Shown one piece after another: positions 27,746 through 37,268 of a stretch of 64,000 bases of DNA. The position numbers and the translations under genes are program-made. How positions within the stretch are numbered: the first letter of the stretch is position 1; each line of letters opens with the position of its first letter. The stretch spans positions 4,545,684-4,609,683 of the forward strand of contig OY282457.1 in the NCBI GenBank assembly GCA_958296235.1, written 5' to 3'. The notes under the pieces were generated by a model, which saw only the letters and a list, made by a program, of their open reading frames with translations, made no database searches and was not told the origin of the DNA. The stretch comes from an uncultured Candidatus Binatia bacterium (GTDB taxonomy: Bacteria > Desulfobacterota > Binatia > Bin18).

Positions 27746-29854
27746 TCATATCCCCAAGTCCTCGAAGTTCTTCTTGATAATCGCGGCCAGGCTGACCGCC
27801 TCGGCGTTGAGGGTGTCCAGCTCAGCGTGGATCTCGCCCAGGGCCTGCTTGAAATCGAAATCCTCGTCGTCTTCTTCGGGCGCAACACCAACGTAGCGGC
27901 CAGGAGTCAGGCTCCAGTCGTTGGCTTTGATCTCAGCCCGGTCCACCAGCTTGACCAGCCCGTCTACGTCGCACAGCTCGGCGTTGGGGAAATGCTCGGT
28001 CAGCCAGTCGGCCTGTTGCCAGAAATAGCCTACCTGTTGGAGTTGCTCGACCGCACGCTGGCGGGCCTCATCCGCGGCTTTGCGGGCGCGGCTGAGGTCG
28101 CGGCGTGACTTGGCGTCTCCCGCATTCTCGCACGCCTCACTCAGACGTGAGGCCAGCTTGTATATCAAGTTGGTCTGCCGGGCCAATTCACGGCTGGATG
28201 CGGCCAGCGGGGCGAGGCGTTCGACAGGTAGCGGGGTGCCGGCCGGTGGTTCTTCAAGTGCCCCTTCTTTCGCCAGTTCCTCCCGTAATGCTGCACTGGC
28301 GCGTTGAAACGCCTGTACATCCGCGTGAAAAGTGGTCAGCGCGGTGTCCAGCTCTTGCTGAAGACCCGCGGGAACGGCGACCGCGGGCAACGTGTTGAGA
28401 AAGGGTTGCAGGACCTTGTTGAGCGTGCTGACCGCAGCCACAAAGGCGGGCGGGGCTTGCGGCGTGGGGGTGTTTTCGGTTTGGGAGCTGAAACAGGCCG
28501 CGGCGTGGTTCAGGGTGCGGCGGCAGTAGTCGCATACCAGGGCAAAAAACTTGTCGGTCTGACCGCGATACAGCCAGACAATGGCCAGGATGTTTTGCTG
28601 CTGCTCGGGGCTGAAGTCGTATATCTTGCGCGTGACCTTACGGTAGACAGTGCGGGCGTCGATCATCAGCACCGTGTCGCGGTGTTGCTCGGGCTTGGCG
28701 CGGTTCAGAAACCATAACTCGCAGGGAACGGTGCGGGTGTAGAAGAAATTGGAGCGGATGGCAATCATGATGTCCACATCGCCAGTCTCGACCAGCTTCT
28801 GGCGGACCTTGGCCTCAGCGCCGGCGGCGCTTGATGCCTGTGAGGACATGACAAAGCCGGCCCGGCCCGTCCGGTTCAGATAGCTGTAGAAATAGCTGAT
28901 CCAGACGTAGTTGCCGTTGGAGACCTTGCCCTTTTTGTTCACACCGGGCAGGCCAAAGGGCAGGCGTGGGTCTTTCTCGATCTTGCCGGCGTCAATCTCG
29001 TCTACGTTGAAAGGCGGATTGGCCATGACGTAATCGGCCTTGCCGACCAGCTCGTGCGGGTCCTGGTAATAGGTGATGGCCTGCTGAACATCTCCTTCGA
29101 GGCCGTGGACGGCCAGGTTCATCTTGGCCAGCCGGATGGTGGTGGCGTTCTTCTCCAGACCGCGGAAGGTGAGCTGCTCGGTGGGGTTTTGGCCGTGCTC
29201 TTCGACAGTGCGAGCGCTCTGTACGAACATGCCGCCCGACCCGCAGGCCGGGTCAAGCACGCTGCCGCGCCGGGGGTCAAGCACATGGGCGATGAGCGCA
29301 ACCAGGGAGACGGGCGTGAAGAACTCGCCGTTGTCGTGGGCCTTCTGGTCGGCGAACTGGGTCAGAAAATACTCGTAGATACGGCCAAAGACATCCCCGG
29401 ACACCTGCTTCAGCTCGTCCGGGTTGAGGAGGCGCAGGATATCTCCGAGGGTGTGGTTGTCCAGCTTTTGATACTCGTTCTTGGGCAGGACGCCGTGCAG
29501 GCTGGCGTAGTTTGACTCAATGGATTCCATCGCGTCCATGAGGGCCTTGGCGCGGTCCACACTGTCGGACCTCGCCACGAGATAATCGAACTGGGCCTTA
29601 TGCTCCAGAAAGATAGCGCTCCGCTGAGAGAAATCTTCCTTGGTGAGCGCCCGCGGCTGGCCGCCCCGGCTCGGCAGGGTGGGTTCGATCTCCTGCTTGG
29701 CCGTGAGATAGCGGCTGTAGGCGTGACGCAGGAATACCAGCCCCATCACCGGCAGGAAGTATTCATTGCTGGCGTACTCGGAGTTGGCGCGTAAGGTGTC
29801 GGCTGCGCTCCACAGCCGGCGTTCGATGACTTCGAGGTGTTCGAGCTGGGACAT
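27746..29854 (-). CDS. hsdM: Type I RM methyltransferase subunit M
   Basis: LWSAADTLRANS, GEFFTP, DPACGSGG, NPPF, WSLTPGRYVG. Confidence 0.96.
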   Translation of the reverse strand: MSQLEHLEVIERRLWSAADTLRANSEYASNEYFLPVMGLVFLRHAYSRYLTAKQEIEPTLPSRGGQPRALTKEDFSQRSAIFLEHKAQFDYLVARSDSVDRAKALMDAMESIESNYASLHGVLPKNEYQKLDNHTLGDILRLLNPDELKQVSGDVFGRIYEYFLTQFADQKAHDNGEFFTPVSLVALIAHVLDPRRGSVLDPACGSGGMFVQSARTVEEHGQNPTEQLTFRGLEKNATTIRLAKMNLAVHGLEGDVQQAITYYQDPHELVGKADYVMANPPFNVDEIDAGKIEKDPRLPFGLPGVNKKGKVSNGNYVWISYFYSYLNRTGRAGFVMSSQASSAAGAEAKVRQKLVETGDVDIMIAIRSNFFYTRTVPCELWFLNRAKPEQHRDTVLMIDARTVYRKVTRKIYDFSPEQQQNILAIVWLYRGQTDKFFALVCDYCRRTLNHAAACFSSQTENTPTPQAPPAFVAAVSTLNKVLQPFLNTLPAVAVPAGLQQELDTALTTFHADVQAFQRASAALREELAKEGALEEPPAGTPLPVERLAPLAASSRELARQTNLIYKLASRLSEACENAGDAKSRRDLSRARKAADEARQRAVEQLQQVGYFWQQADWLTEHFPNAELCDVDGLVKLVDRAEIKANDWSLTPGRYVGVAPEEDDEDFDFKQALGEIHAELDTLNAEAVSLAAIIKKNFEDLGI

Positions 29855-29855
29855 G

Positions 29856-30662
29856 CTAAAGCGGGTGCTGTGACAAAAACTCCCTGAAGACGGCGAGAAA
29901 CGGCTCACGCGCCGAGGACACAAAACCGTGTCCGGCGTTGTCGAAAATGGTCAGTTGCGCGTTTGGAATTTCTCGGGCCAGAATCTCGGAATTGGCCGCT
30001 GGGATCAGCACATCGTCACGCCCGGTGGCGACCAGGGTCGGGGCGGTGATCTCCTTGAGCTGCTTATACACGCGGAGGGTCATGGTCGCATCCAAATGAC
30101 GCTTGTACGCAAAGAACGGCGTGGCATGTTCCAGGACGCGGCGCAGGGTGGCTTCGAGTTCATCCCGCTGGGTGGCGATATATTCTTGGGAGTAGGACAA
30201 TTTCCAACCCTCCCGAACAGCTTCTTCCGGGGTCTGTCCGGCCCGGCCTTTGAGCGCCTGCATGGATTCCGGTGGGGCAGGGACAGCATGCTTGCCACCT
30301 GGGGTGGTACAGCCCAGGGTTAAACTCGCAATATGTTGTTGATGGTGAATGCCGATTTCCTGGGCAATCATGCCACCCATTGAAATGCCGAAAATATGCG
30401 CGCGCGGAATGTCGAGCGCGCTGAGCAAGCCCACGGCATCGCTTGCAAACAGCGCAATGGAATAGGGTTCATCCGGTTTATCCGACTGCCCGGTGCCGCG
30501 GTTGTCATAGGTGATGACCTGATAGTCGTCGGCCATGCGCGCAACAAACTCCCGGTCCCAGGCCGCGGCCGGCCCGCCCAGCCCCATGATGAGCAGCAGC
30601 GGCTGACCTTGGCCCTGAGTCGTATAATGCAGATTGATCCCATTCACCTGTGCGTATGACAT
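29856..30662 (-). CDS. Alpha/beta hydrolase
   Basis: YDNRGTGQS, GISMGG nucleophile elbow, AGHG. Confidence 0.9.
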   Translation of the reverse strand: MSYAQVNGINLHYTTQGQGQPLLLIMGLGGPAAAWDREFVARMADDYQVITYDNRGTGQSDKPDEPYSIALFASDAVGLLSALDIPRAHIFGISMGGMIAQEIGIHHQQHIASLTLGCTTPGGKHAVPAPPESMQALKGRAGQTPEEAVREGWKLSYSQEYIATQRDELEATLRRVLEHATPFFAYKRHLDATMTLRVYKQLKEITAPTLVATGRDDVLIPAANSEILAREIPNAQLTIFDNAGHGFVSSAREPFLAVFREFLSQHPL

Positions 30663-30769
30663 ACTCTTCCTCCTTTGTGTGAACGTCTTATCCAGTTGTG
30701 GGGAGAATCGCAAACCAGGCAGAGGGCGCTCTTTACCGCTGCGGGCAGTTTGGTATAGGTCCATAGTCT

Positions 30770-31741
30770 ATGCAAACGGCTGTTTCCGAGCTTCCCGCTG
30801 TCCGCCAGACGGTGAAGGAGTTGTCCCATATATCGACGTTGCGGGCCGTGTATCATCTGGCTGAGGTCTGGGTCGTGATTGGGCTGGCGGTGTGGCTGAG
30901 CGGCTGGGTGCTGCCTCCGTTGACCGGCATCTGGGGCGTGTGCGTCTATATCGGCGCGGTCGTTGTGATTGCCGCGCGGCAGCACGCCCTGATGGTCCTG
31001 GTGCACGAGGCGATTCATAAACGCATCTCACGAACGGTGTGGGTCAACGACGCGCTGACCCGGCTGGCCGCGGCCTTCCCGGTCTTTATCTCGCTCTCGA
31101 AATGGCGCTTCATCCATCTCTATCACCACCAGTATACGCAGACCACAGACGATCCGGACCGGGCCATTTATGCCCGCTATCCCCTTGGCCGTCGCCCGTT
31201 CTGGCGGCTTCTGATCCGAGATGTGAGTGGTCTGAACGTCATCTCGACGCTGAAGTATTTTATCGATCTGCCCGTTGTAACACGGGATTTTAACCGGAAA
31301 TTTTTGGGCGAGGAGCGCGCCAACCGCTATCGGCAGGTCGCTGATATGGGGTTGTTCACGGCATTTTGGGGCATGGTGTTAAGCGGTGGTTTTATCTTGT
31401 GTGGTCTGGAATTTGGGCGATACCTGGTGTTGTACTGGCTCGTGCCGTACTGCACGGTGACACAGGTCTTCTTTCGCATCCGGGGGGCGATTGAGCATGG
31501 CAATGTGCCCGACCCTGAGAATGCCTACCGCCAGACGCGGACCTATTTCATGCCGGCGGTCTTGCGGTTTTTCTTTGCGCCCAAGCAGGTGAACTACCAC
31601 CTGGAGCACCATCTGTATCCTTCGGTGCCTTTCTATAATCTGCCCCGGCTGCACGCTGTTCTCAGCCGGGCAGTCTATCCGGCCGAGGCCGGCTATTGCG
31701 AGCCGTTCTCCACCGGTCTCAAAAAACTGATCTCCGGGTAA
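30770..31741 (+). CDS. Fatty acid desaturase family protein
   Basis: His boxes HEAIH, HLYHH, HLEHH. Confidence 0.88.
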   Translation: MQTAVSELPAVRQTVKELSHISTLRAVYHLAEVWVVIGLAVWLSGWVLPPLTGIWGVCVYIGAVVVIAARQHALMVLVHEAIHKRISRTVWVNDALTRLAAAFPVFISLSKWRFIHLYHHQYTQTTDDPDRAIYARYPLGRRPFWRLLIRDVSGLNVISTLKYFIDLPVVTRDFNRKFLGEERANRYRQVADMGLFTAFWGMVLSGGFILCGLEFGRYLVLYWLVPYCTVTQVFFRIRGAIEHGNVPDPENAYRQTRTYFMPAVLRFFFAPKQVNYHLEHHLYPSVPFYNLPRLHAVLSRAVYPAEAGYCEPFSTGLKKLISG

Positions 31742-31831
31742 GGGGGAAGGGAGACCCTCGACACAATAACAGGGCAGCCGCGTGGCTGCCCTGTGTTTCT
31801 GCGTCTGTTTACGATTTTCTACAGGTCATAT

Positions 31832-32953
31832 CTACAGGTCATACGCCCGGGCCGCATTATCGCCCAGGATGTTCTGCTGGTCGGGCGGGGGGAGTTCCTT
31901 AATCCCATTCTGTAAGGTGTTGAGGGCATCCGTGAAGCCGTCAAAATGGGGGAAGTCGGTTGACCAGAAGAACTTGTCCGAGCCCCAGCGAGCGGCTGCC
32001 GGCGAGATCATGCTTTCGTCCACATCGCAGCCAACCCAGACCTGACGGCGGAAATATTCGCTCGGTGGGCGCTTACAGGCCGTCATGAAGCCGCTGTGTT
32101 CCCATTTGCTATCCATCCGTTCGATAAAATGCGGCACCCAGCCAGCCCCAACTTCCAGCACCAGCAGTTTGAGGTTCGGGAAGCGTTCCAGAGTGCCACC
32201 CTCAAACATGCTGACAAAGGAAGCCTGGATATCAAAGCCCAGCGTGACTGACAGGAAATAGAAAGGCGAACCGTGAAAGGTGGTATGGTCATACCAGGCG
32301 CTGCCGTGAAAGTCCGGCCGCACAATCACGTGCAGGCCGACCGGCATCTGGATATCCTGGGCGACGGCCCAGAACGGATCGTAGGTCGTATCGCCATAGG
32401 CTCTCCCGTTTGCCGGGTACGGGGTCAGCATGACGGCCTTCAGCCCGAGTTTGGCGGCGCGTTTCAGCTCAATAATAGCGGCCTCGGGGTCCATGAGGGA
32501 GATGTGCGCAACCCCGTATAAGCGGTTGGGGTAGTGGCTGCAGAAATCGGCGATCCAGTCATTGTACACGCGGTTATAGGCCAGGGCGAGACCAGGGTCG
32601 TTGACCTCGCCTTCCCACAGCAGGCCGATGGTGGGAAAGAGCACGGCTGCGTCAATGCCATCCGCGTCCAACTGCTTGATCCGCTCATGCGGGTCATACG
32701 CCCCCTTAGGACCATCCATATACAGCTGGTCTTTGGAGAAGACGAGTTCGCCGGGCTTGCCGAAACCGGAGGCAACACCCATCCCCCTGATGGTCGGAGA
32801 AACCTTGCCGTCAATGACAAGCGACTCCCAGCCTTCCTCGTCTTTGACAAGGTACAAGGCGCGCTCTTTGTATTTTGACTCCAGGTTCTCCTTCCATAAA
32901 TTGGGTGGCTCTAAGATATGACCGTCGGCATCAACAATTCGTCCGAGTTGCAT
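31832..32953 (-). CDS. Amidohydrolase_2 family protein
   Basis: VDADGHILEP, YDPFWA, LEVGAGW, STDFPHFD. Confidence 0.9.
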   Translation of the reverse strand: MQLGRIVDADGHILEPPNLWKENLESKYKERALYLVKDEEGWESLVIDGKVSPTIRGMGVASGFGKPGELVFSKDQLYMDGPKGAYDPHERIKQLDADGIDAAVLFPTIGLLWEGEVNDPGLALAYNRVYNDWIADFCSHYPNRLYGVAHISLMDPEAAIIELKRAAKLGLKAVMLTPYPANGRAYGDTTYDPFWAVAQDIQMPVGLHVIVRPDFHGSAWYDHTTFHGSPFYFLSVTLGFDIQASFVSMFEGGTLERFPNLKLLVLEVGAGWVPHFIERMDSKWEHSGFMTACKRPPSEYFRRQVWVGCDVDESMISPAAARWGSDKFFWSTDFPHFDGFTDALNTLQNGIKELPPPDQQNILGDNAARAYDL

Positions 32954-33102
32954 TGCGCGTCCCTCCTTGCACACCTATAGACTTTGCTTGCTTCTAGCCC
33001 AGTTTGTTCTGGATTACAAACCGCTGCGCTTTGTGTGGAGGATGCGCTTTATGTGGGGGGGGGACAGGTCGGCTGGATTCCAGCTGTAAAGAAGGGAAGG
33101 AC

Positions 33103-33174
33103 TACCCCCGCCGGGAATCGAACCCAGACCCCAGGTTCCGGAGACCTGTGTGATATCCATTTCACCACGGGGGC
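33103..33174 (-). tRNA. tRNA-Arg(CCG), CCA not encoded
   Basis: Acceptor stem GCCCCCG/CGGGGGT, D arm GTGA/TCAC, anticodon stem CAGGT-CTCCGGA-ACCTG, TTCGATT T loop. Confidence 0.95.
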
Positions 33175-33183
33175 ACGGTCGGT

Positions 33184-33211
33184 ACAGTATCACATACCAG
33201 CAGAGAAGCAA
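33184..33211 (-). promoter_or_regulatory. Probable tRNA promoter TTGCTT-16bp-TACTGT with extended -10 TG
   Basis: -10 box ends 9 bp upstream of the tRNA 5' end. Confidence 0.5.
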
Positions 33212-33239
33212 TGTTTTGGGGGAGCCGACTCTGCGTGCA

Positions 33240-33361
33240 GGGCAGGGAAGGAAAGTGGCAAGTGGTAAGTGGCGAGGGGCAAGCAAGAAGGAAAGTGGCG
33301 AGGGGCAAGGGGCAGGGAAGGAAAGTGGCAAGTGGTAAGTGGCAAGTGGCGAGTGGCGAGC
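33240..33361. repeat. Purine-rich heptamer repeat tract (AAGTGGC/AAGTGGT/GAGGGGC) with a duplicated 34-bp block
   Basis: 33240-33273 is identical to 33310-33343. Confidence 0.85.
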
Positions 33362-33440
33362 AAAAAGCCGCCTCCGCGTGCGCGGGGCAGGGAACGGGGC
33401 AGGGGTGCTCAGTGGTGCGTACAAGGGCTGAGGGAGGAGG

Positions 33441-33812
33441 CTACTGGCCCTCTCTCTCAATCGTCAACACGGCGTCTTCGTCGTACAGCCGGTTGCCGAG
33501 ATAGAGCTCAGGGTAGCGGGCCTGGGTCTCCAGACTTTCGTCTACACCGCTTGCGGTTGCGTCCTCGTCGTTCTCGGCATCGCTGCCGGCCGCCAGATTG
33601 CCTCCGTACAACTCGGGGTAGCGCAGCCGGAGCTCCAGACTCTCGTCGCTACTGTCGGTTGTATTCTCCGCTTCTTCTGCGCTGTTTTCCAATCCGAGGT
33701 CTTCGCCCAAGAGTGAACCTGACGAGTCTGGGCGAATAGAATAGAGTGGCTGAGATAGTCCGTTCGACGCAAAGAAGAGCAACAGAGTAAGCGCGCTGAC
33801 CAGTATCTTCAT
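33441..33812 (-). CDS. Secreted acidic protein with a duplicated ESLE....YPELY.GN motif
   Basis: Signal peptide MKILVSALTLLLFFASNGLS; GGAGG SD; ATGA coupling to upstream gene. Confidence 0.7.
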   Translation of the reverse strand: MKILVSALTLLLFFASNGLSQPLYSIRPDSSGSLLGEDLGLENSAEEAENTTDSSDESLELRLRYPELYGGNLAAGSDAENDEDATASGVDESLETQARYPELYLGNRLYDEDAVLTIEREGQ

Positions 33813-34312
33813 GTCAGAATCCTCCATATGATGTTCTGCCCAGGCTGAGAGGCGACACGCACGGCAGATACCCGAGACGCGGATGTCTCAACCGCGGACG
33901 CTGGGGGCGCGTGAACCAGCAGACAGCCTCTCAGCCGGACATGCACCTTTTTTCCCGCTCCATAGCCTTTAACAATAACGCGCTGGCCGGACTGAAGGTG
34001 TTGGATGCGCTGAATCTGGGATTGATGAATGAGACACTCGATGCCACTCAGGCGTGACGGGTCTCCCTGTAAAATAAGGGCGACTTGTCCCGAATCATCT
34101 TGCTCAATGCGTGTGACCTGCCCTGATACCTGGATAATTTTATCCCGATACTTTTTATCCGCAACCATACGGTCGGTGTGAAAGGTTTGGTAGAGGAAGG
34201 TGGCTGAGGTTCTGAACTCGGGTTTCTGTTCAGGCTCAACAGGCGGCTGGTCCGCCGTGCGGAAAAACAGGATGACGATGAGGGCCAGGATGGGAATCGC
34301 TATAAATCGCAT
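33809..34312 (-). CDS. tRNA_anti-like OB-fold membrane-anchored protein
   Basis: N-terminal TM; ADKKYRDKIIQVSG.V..I; L.SGQRVIVKG...LRGC. Confidence 0.75.
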   Translation of the reverse strand: MRFIAIPILALIVILFFRTADQPPVEPEQKPEFRTSATFLYQTFHTDRMVADKKYRDKIIQVSGQVTRIEQDDSGQVALILQGDPSRLSGIECLIHQSQIQRIQHLQSGQRVIVKGYGAGKKVHVRLRGCLLVHAPPASAVETSASRVSAVRVASQPGQNIIWRILT

Positions 34313-34417
34313 ACGCCTTACTCGGACTCCCCAAAATTAGGACATTCCTGCCGGTCGGGTCAAGAGAGGCGGGAGCGATAGAGGAGAGCTGCGTCCCGAG
34401 ACAGGCGGGGCAGTGGG

Positions 34418-35095
34418 TCAGCCGACCGGCTCTGACCTTGCCATAAGCGTTTCAACGTCTTGGAGCAGCTGGGCTATAGATTCCGTGTCGTCTCCCCGAT
34501 AATAGCCGCGGATGCGTCGCTGCCGGTCAATCAGCACGAAACGGTTGCTGTGCACGATAGGCTCGTGGGTCGTCAGGCGGGGATCGTTTGGCGCGAGGGC
34601 TTCCACGCCAAGCCGAAAGCCGTTGCGGATGAAGGCATACATGGCGGAGCGTTCACCGGTCAGGAAGAGCCAGCGCCGGGCGTCCGCGCGGTAGCGCCGC
34701 GCATAGACTTGCAGCACTTCGGGCGTATCTCGCTCCGGGTCGACACTAAAGGAAAGAAAGCGGACCGGCTTGGCGCGCAGGGTCGTGTGCAAATGGGCCA
34801 TCCGTTGGCTGAGGAGTGGGCACCGGCCTGGACAGTGGGTGAAGATGAAGTTGGCGATCCATATGGACCCGGCCAGGTCGGAGTGACCAAAGGGCTGTTG
34901 GGTGCGCTCAATCAGCGAAAAGGGGGGGATTGTTCCCAGGATGGGAAGCCGCCCGGGCGGAGCCGGCTTAGCCGCGTCTGAGAAGAGAGAGAAAACGCCG
35001 TACCCGACAACAAAGGTGAGAACAAGACCAAGCGCGCCCCAGATAAGACGTTGTGAGGTCGGTTCCGGGGGGGCGCTTGAAAGTCTGTCAGGCAC
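34418..35095 (-). CDS. SCO family copper chaperone
   Basis: FIFTHCPGRCP (CxxxC), SVDPERDTP, HSNRFVLID. Confidence 0.93.
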   Translation of the reverse strand: MPDRLSSAPPEPTSQRLIWGALGLVLTFVVGYGVFSLFSDAAKPAPPGRLPILGTIPPFSLIERTQQPFGHSDLAGSIWIANFIFTHCPGRCPLLSQRMAHLHTTLRAKPVRFLSFSVDPERDTPEVLQVYARRYRADARRWLFLTGERSAMYAFIRNGFRLGVEALAPNDPRLTTHEPIVHSNRFVLIDRQRRIRGYYRGDDTESIAQLLQDVETLMARSEPVG

Positions 35096-35101
35096 AACAG
35101 A

Positions 35102-35449
35102 CTAATGGTCAGCCGTTTCGCTCACCGCGGTCGGCTCGACTGGTGTATAGGTCCTGGTGGTTGAGGTCAGGTCCGGCAGGAGCATGATAATCAAAAAGAC
35201 ACAAATGATCATGGGTGTCAGGGCAATCACGCCGAGCGTGGGGCGCTCAAAGCGCAGATGCATGAAATACAGCGCGACGAGGAGGGCTTTGGCAACCGCG
35301 AGGATGACAAGCAGGGAGCCGGCCGTGAGTTTGGCGGAGACCAGAGGAGGCACCATGACCTCAAGGATGGTCAAAATGGTGAGGACTACCATAATGGCGA
35401 AATAGTTCGGTTCGACGTGGTCAGCATGTGCGGCAGATTCGTTTGCCAT
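35102..35449 (-). CDS. Cytochrome c oxidase subunit IV
   Basis: LTILEV, AVAKALLVALYFMHLRFE; start MANES after GGAG. Confidence 0.85.
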   Translation of the reverse strand: MANESAAHADHVEPNYFAIMVVLTILTILEVMVPPLVSAKLTAGSLLVILAVAKALLVALYFMHLRFERPTLGVIALTPMIICVFLIIMLLPDLTSTTRTYTPVEPTAVSETADH

Positions 35450-35460
35450 CGTGTCTCCCT

Positions 35461-36084
35461 CTACAGCAGGTATACAAAAGTAAAGACCAAAATCCAGACC
35501 AGGTCCACGAAATGCCAGTAGAGGCCAACAATTTCCACCGGGCTGGAGTTTTCGCCTAAGAACCTCCCATTCATGCCAGCAAAGAGCACGCAGGTCAGAT
35601 ACACCACACCGCCAAAGACATGACAGCCGTGAAAGCCGGTCAGAATATAAAAAGTCGTGCCAAACAGCGGCGCGCCCCACGGGTTGTCGCTCATGGTCAT
35701 GCCGACATGGGTGAGGTGTGTCCATTCGTAGGCCTGAAGTCCCAGAAATATGGTCCCGCCAATAATGGTCAGCAAGAGGAACTTCCGAAAGTTCCGCAGG
35801 TCGTTGTGCTTTGCCGCGGATAAGGCTTTGACCATGGTGAAGCTGCTGACAATGAGCAGAAAGGTCATAAACGCGGTGAGCTGGATACCCAGGGCTTCGA
35901 GCGGGTTGGGCCAGTCCGGGCTGCTGGCGCGTATGGCTCCATACCCGGCTAACAGGCCCCCAAAAGACATGGCGTCCCCCGCCAGAAAGACCCACATGCC
36001 GAGTTTGCCCCAACTCTCCGGGGTGACGGGTGACTCTGCCGGCTGCTGGGCATGGGCGTGAGAATCAACAACGGCTTCGCTCAA
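35461..36084 (-). CDS. Cytochrome c oxidase subunit III (second copy)
   Basis: KLGMWVFL, FYILTGFHGCHV, GLYWHFVDLVW; probable TTG start at 36084 after GGAGGAG. Confidence 0.92.
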   Translation of the reverse strand: MSEAVVDSHAHAQQPAESPVTPESWGKLGMWVFLAGDAMSFGGLLAGYGAIRASSPDWPNPLEALGIQLTAFMTFLLIVSSFTMVKALSAAKHNDLRNFRKFLLLTIIGGTIFLGLQAYEWTHLTHVGMTMSDNPWGAPLFGTTFYILTGFHGCHVFGGVVYLTCVLFAGMNGRFLGENSSPVEIVGLYWHFVDLVWILVFTFVYLL

Positions 36085-36410
36085 GGGTGCTCCTCCTTTG
36101 GGGCCGTCACTTCCTGAAGGGATGGTAGCGTCCCCTGTGCTCGATGCGAGCGATTCGTTTTCCAATAGCGGTAAAAAATCCAGCCGCCAATGGAGCCAAA
36201 AACGACGAAGGGCATAGTCATCAGAAAAAAGGCGCTGCGTAACATGCCTTGCGTCACCTGCTCATTCGCACCGGATAGGAGAGTCTGACACATTGCGCAA
36301 CCTTGCGCTAGGGCCTCCTGGGGCGCTCCAGCAGCGCTATATGCCGCCAAAAAGGTCAGCGCTGAAACACCGAACAGGCGAGAGGCAAAAGAGGGGAATC
36401 GAGTGCGCAT
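36081..36410 (-). CDS. Small membrane protein with QGCAMC motif in the cox operon
   Basis: Signal-like N-terminus, CxxC, one TM; translationally coupled. Confidence 0.65.
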   Translation of the reverse strand: MRTRFPSFASRLFGVSALTFLAAYSAAGAPQEALAQGCAMCQTLLSGANEQVTQGMLRSAFFLMTMPFVVFGSIGGWIFYRYWKTNRSHRAQGTLPSLQEVTAPKEEHP

Positions 36411-36419
36411 ATGTTCCGT

Positions 36420-37094
36420 TCAATTCAAATACACCAGCGGGAAAAGGACCACCCAGACCGCGCCAACGTAATACCAGTACATGCTACAGATTTCGACCCC
36501 GATAGCGCGCTGCTGAGAGAATTTCCCGCGTCTGGCTTGCAACAGCACGATGCCGAGCCACAGGACCGCGGCCAGGACATGCAGGCCGTGGCAGCCGATC
36601 AGGGTATAAAAGGTGGCGCCATACATGCCGGCTGAAATGGTGAGTCCGTCGTGGACCAGCTGCACCCACTCAAAGCCTTGCACCCCAAGAAAAATACTCC
36701 CCAGGAGAACCGTAATCGCGAGCCAGCGCACAAACGGCTGCTGTTGGTCGGCTTTTATGCAGCGCATTGCCTTCCACATGGTGTAACAGCTGAACAGCAG
36801 AAAACCGGTATTGACCCAGGTGATCCCTACGGGGAGGTATAAATGACCTGACGGCCAGACCGGACTCCCAAAACGAAAGACCACATAGGCGCCAATCAGT
36901 CCAGCAAAAAACATGGTCTCCGCCCCAATGAGCATCAGCATGCCCATACGGGCGTTGCTGACCGGCGGCTGGGGGATGCTGGGGGGCGGTGGGCCGCCGC
37001 CATAGCCGGGGACGGCCACCAGCGCTTCTGGGGTTTCGTGTGTCGATAATTGAGAAGCCGGCAGTCCGGCTGCGAGGGCTGATCCGCGTGGCAT
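36420..37094 (-). CDS. Cytochrome c oxidase subunit III (first copy)
   Basis: ETMFFAGLI, FYTLIGCHGLHV, MYWYYV..VW. Confidence 0.9.
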   Translation of the reverse strand: MPRGSALAAGLPASQLSTHETPEALVAVPGYGGGPPPPSIPQPPVSNARMGMLMLIGAETMFFAGLIGAYVVFRFGSPVWPSGHLYLPVGITWVNTGFLLFSCYTMWKAMRCIKADQQQPFVRWLAITVLLGSIFLGVQGFEWVQLVHDGLTISAGMYGATFYTLIGCHGLHVLAAVLWLGIVLLQARRGKFSQQRAIGVEICSMYWYYVGAVWVVLFPLVYLN

Positions 37095-37268
37095 AGACAC
37101 TGCCTCTCTCAGGCACAGGCTACGCAAAGATAATAAAACACGTCGTTGCCGCAATATACAGCACAATAAAAAACGCGAGCTTCTTGCCGAGTGAAGAATT
37201 CTCTTCCTGTCGCTCGGCGCGTGTCACTAATGGCATTGACGTATCCCGTTCTCAGATCCTGCCAGTGC

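Noticed and set aside
33103-33174. tRNA-Arg as the attachment site for the RM island
   Set aside because: No duplicated tRNA 3' end or integrase seen; ordinary metabolic genes lie between the tRNA and hsdM
33240-33361. CRISPR array
   Set aside because: Low-complexity heptamers, only two long copies, no unique spacers, no cas genes
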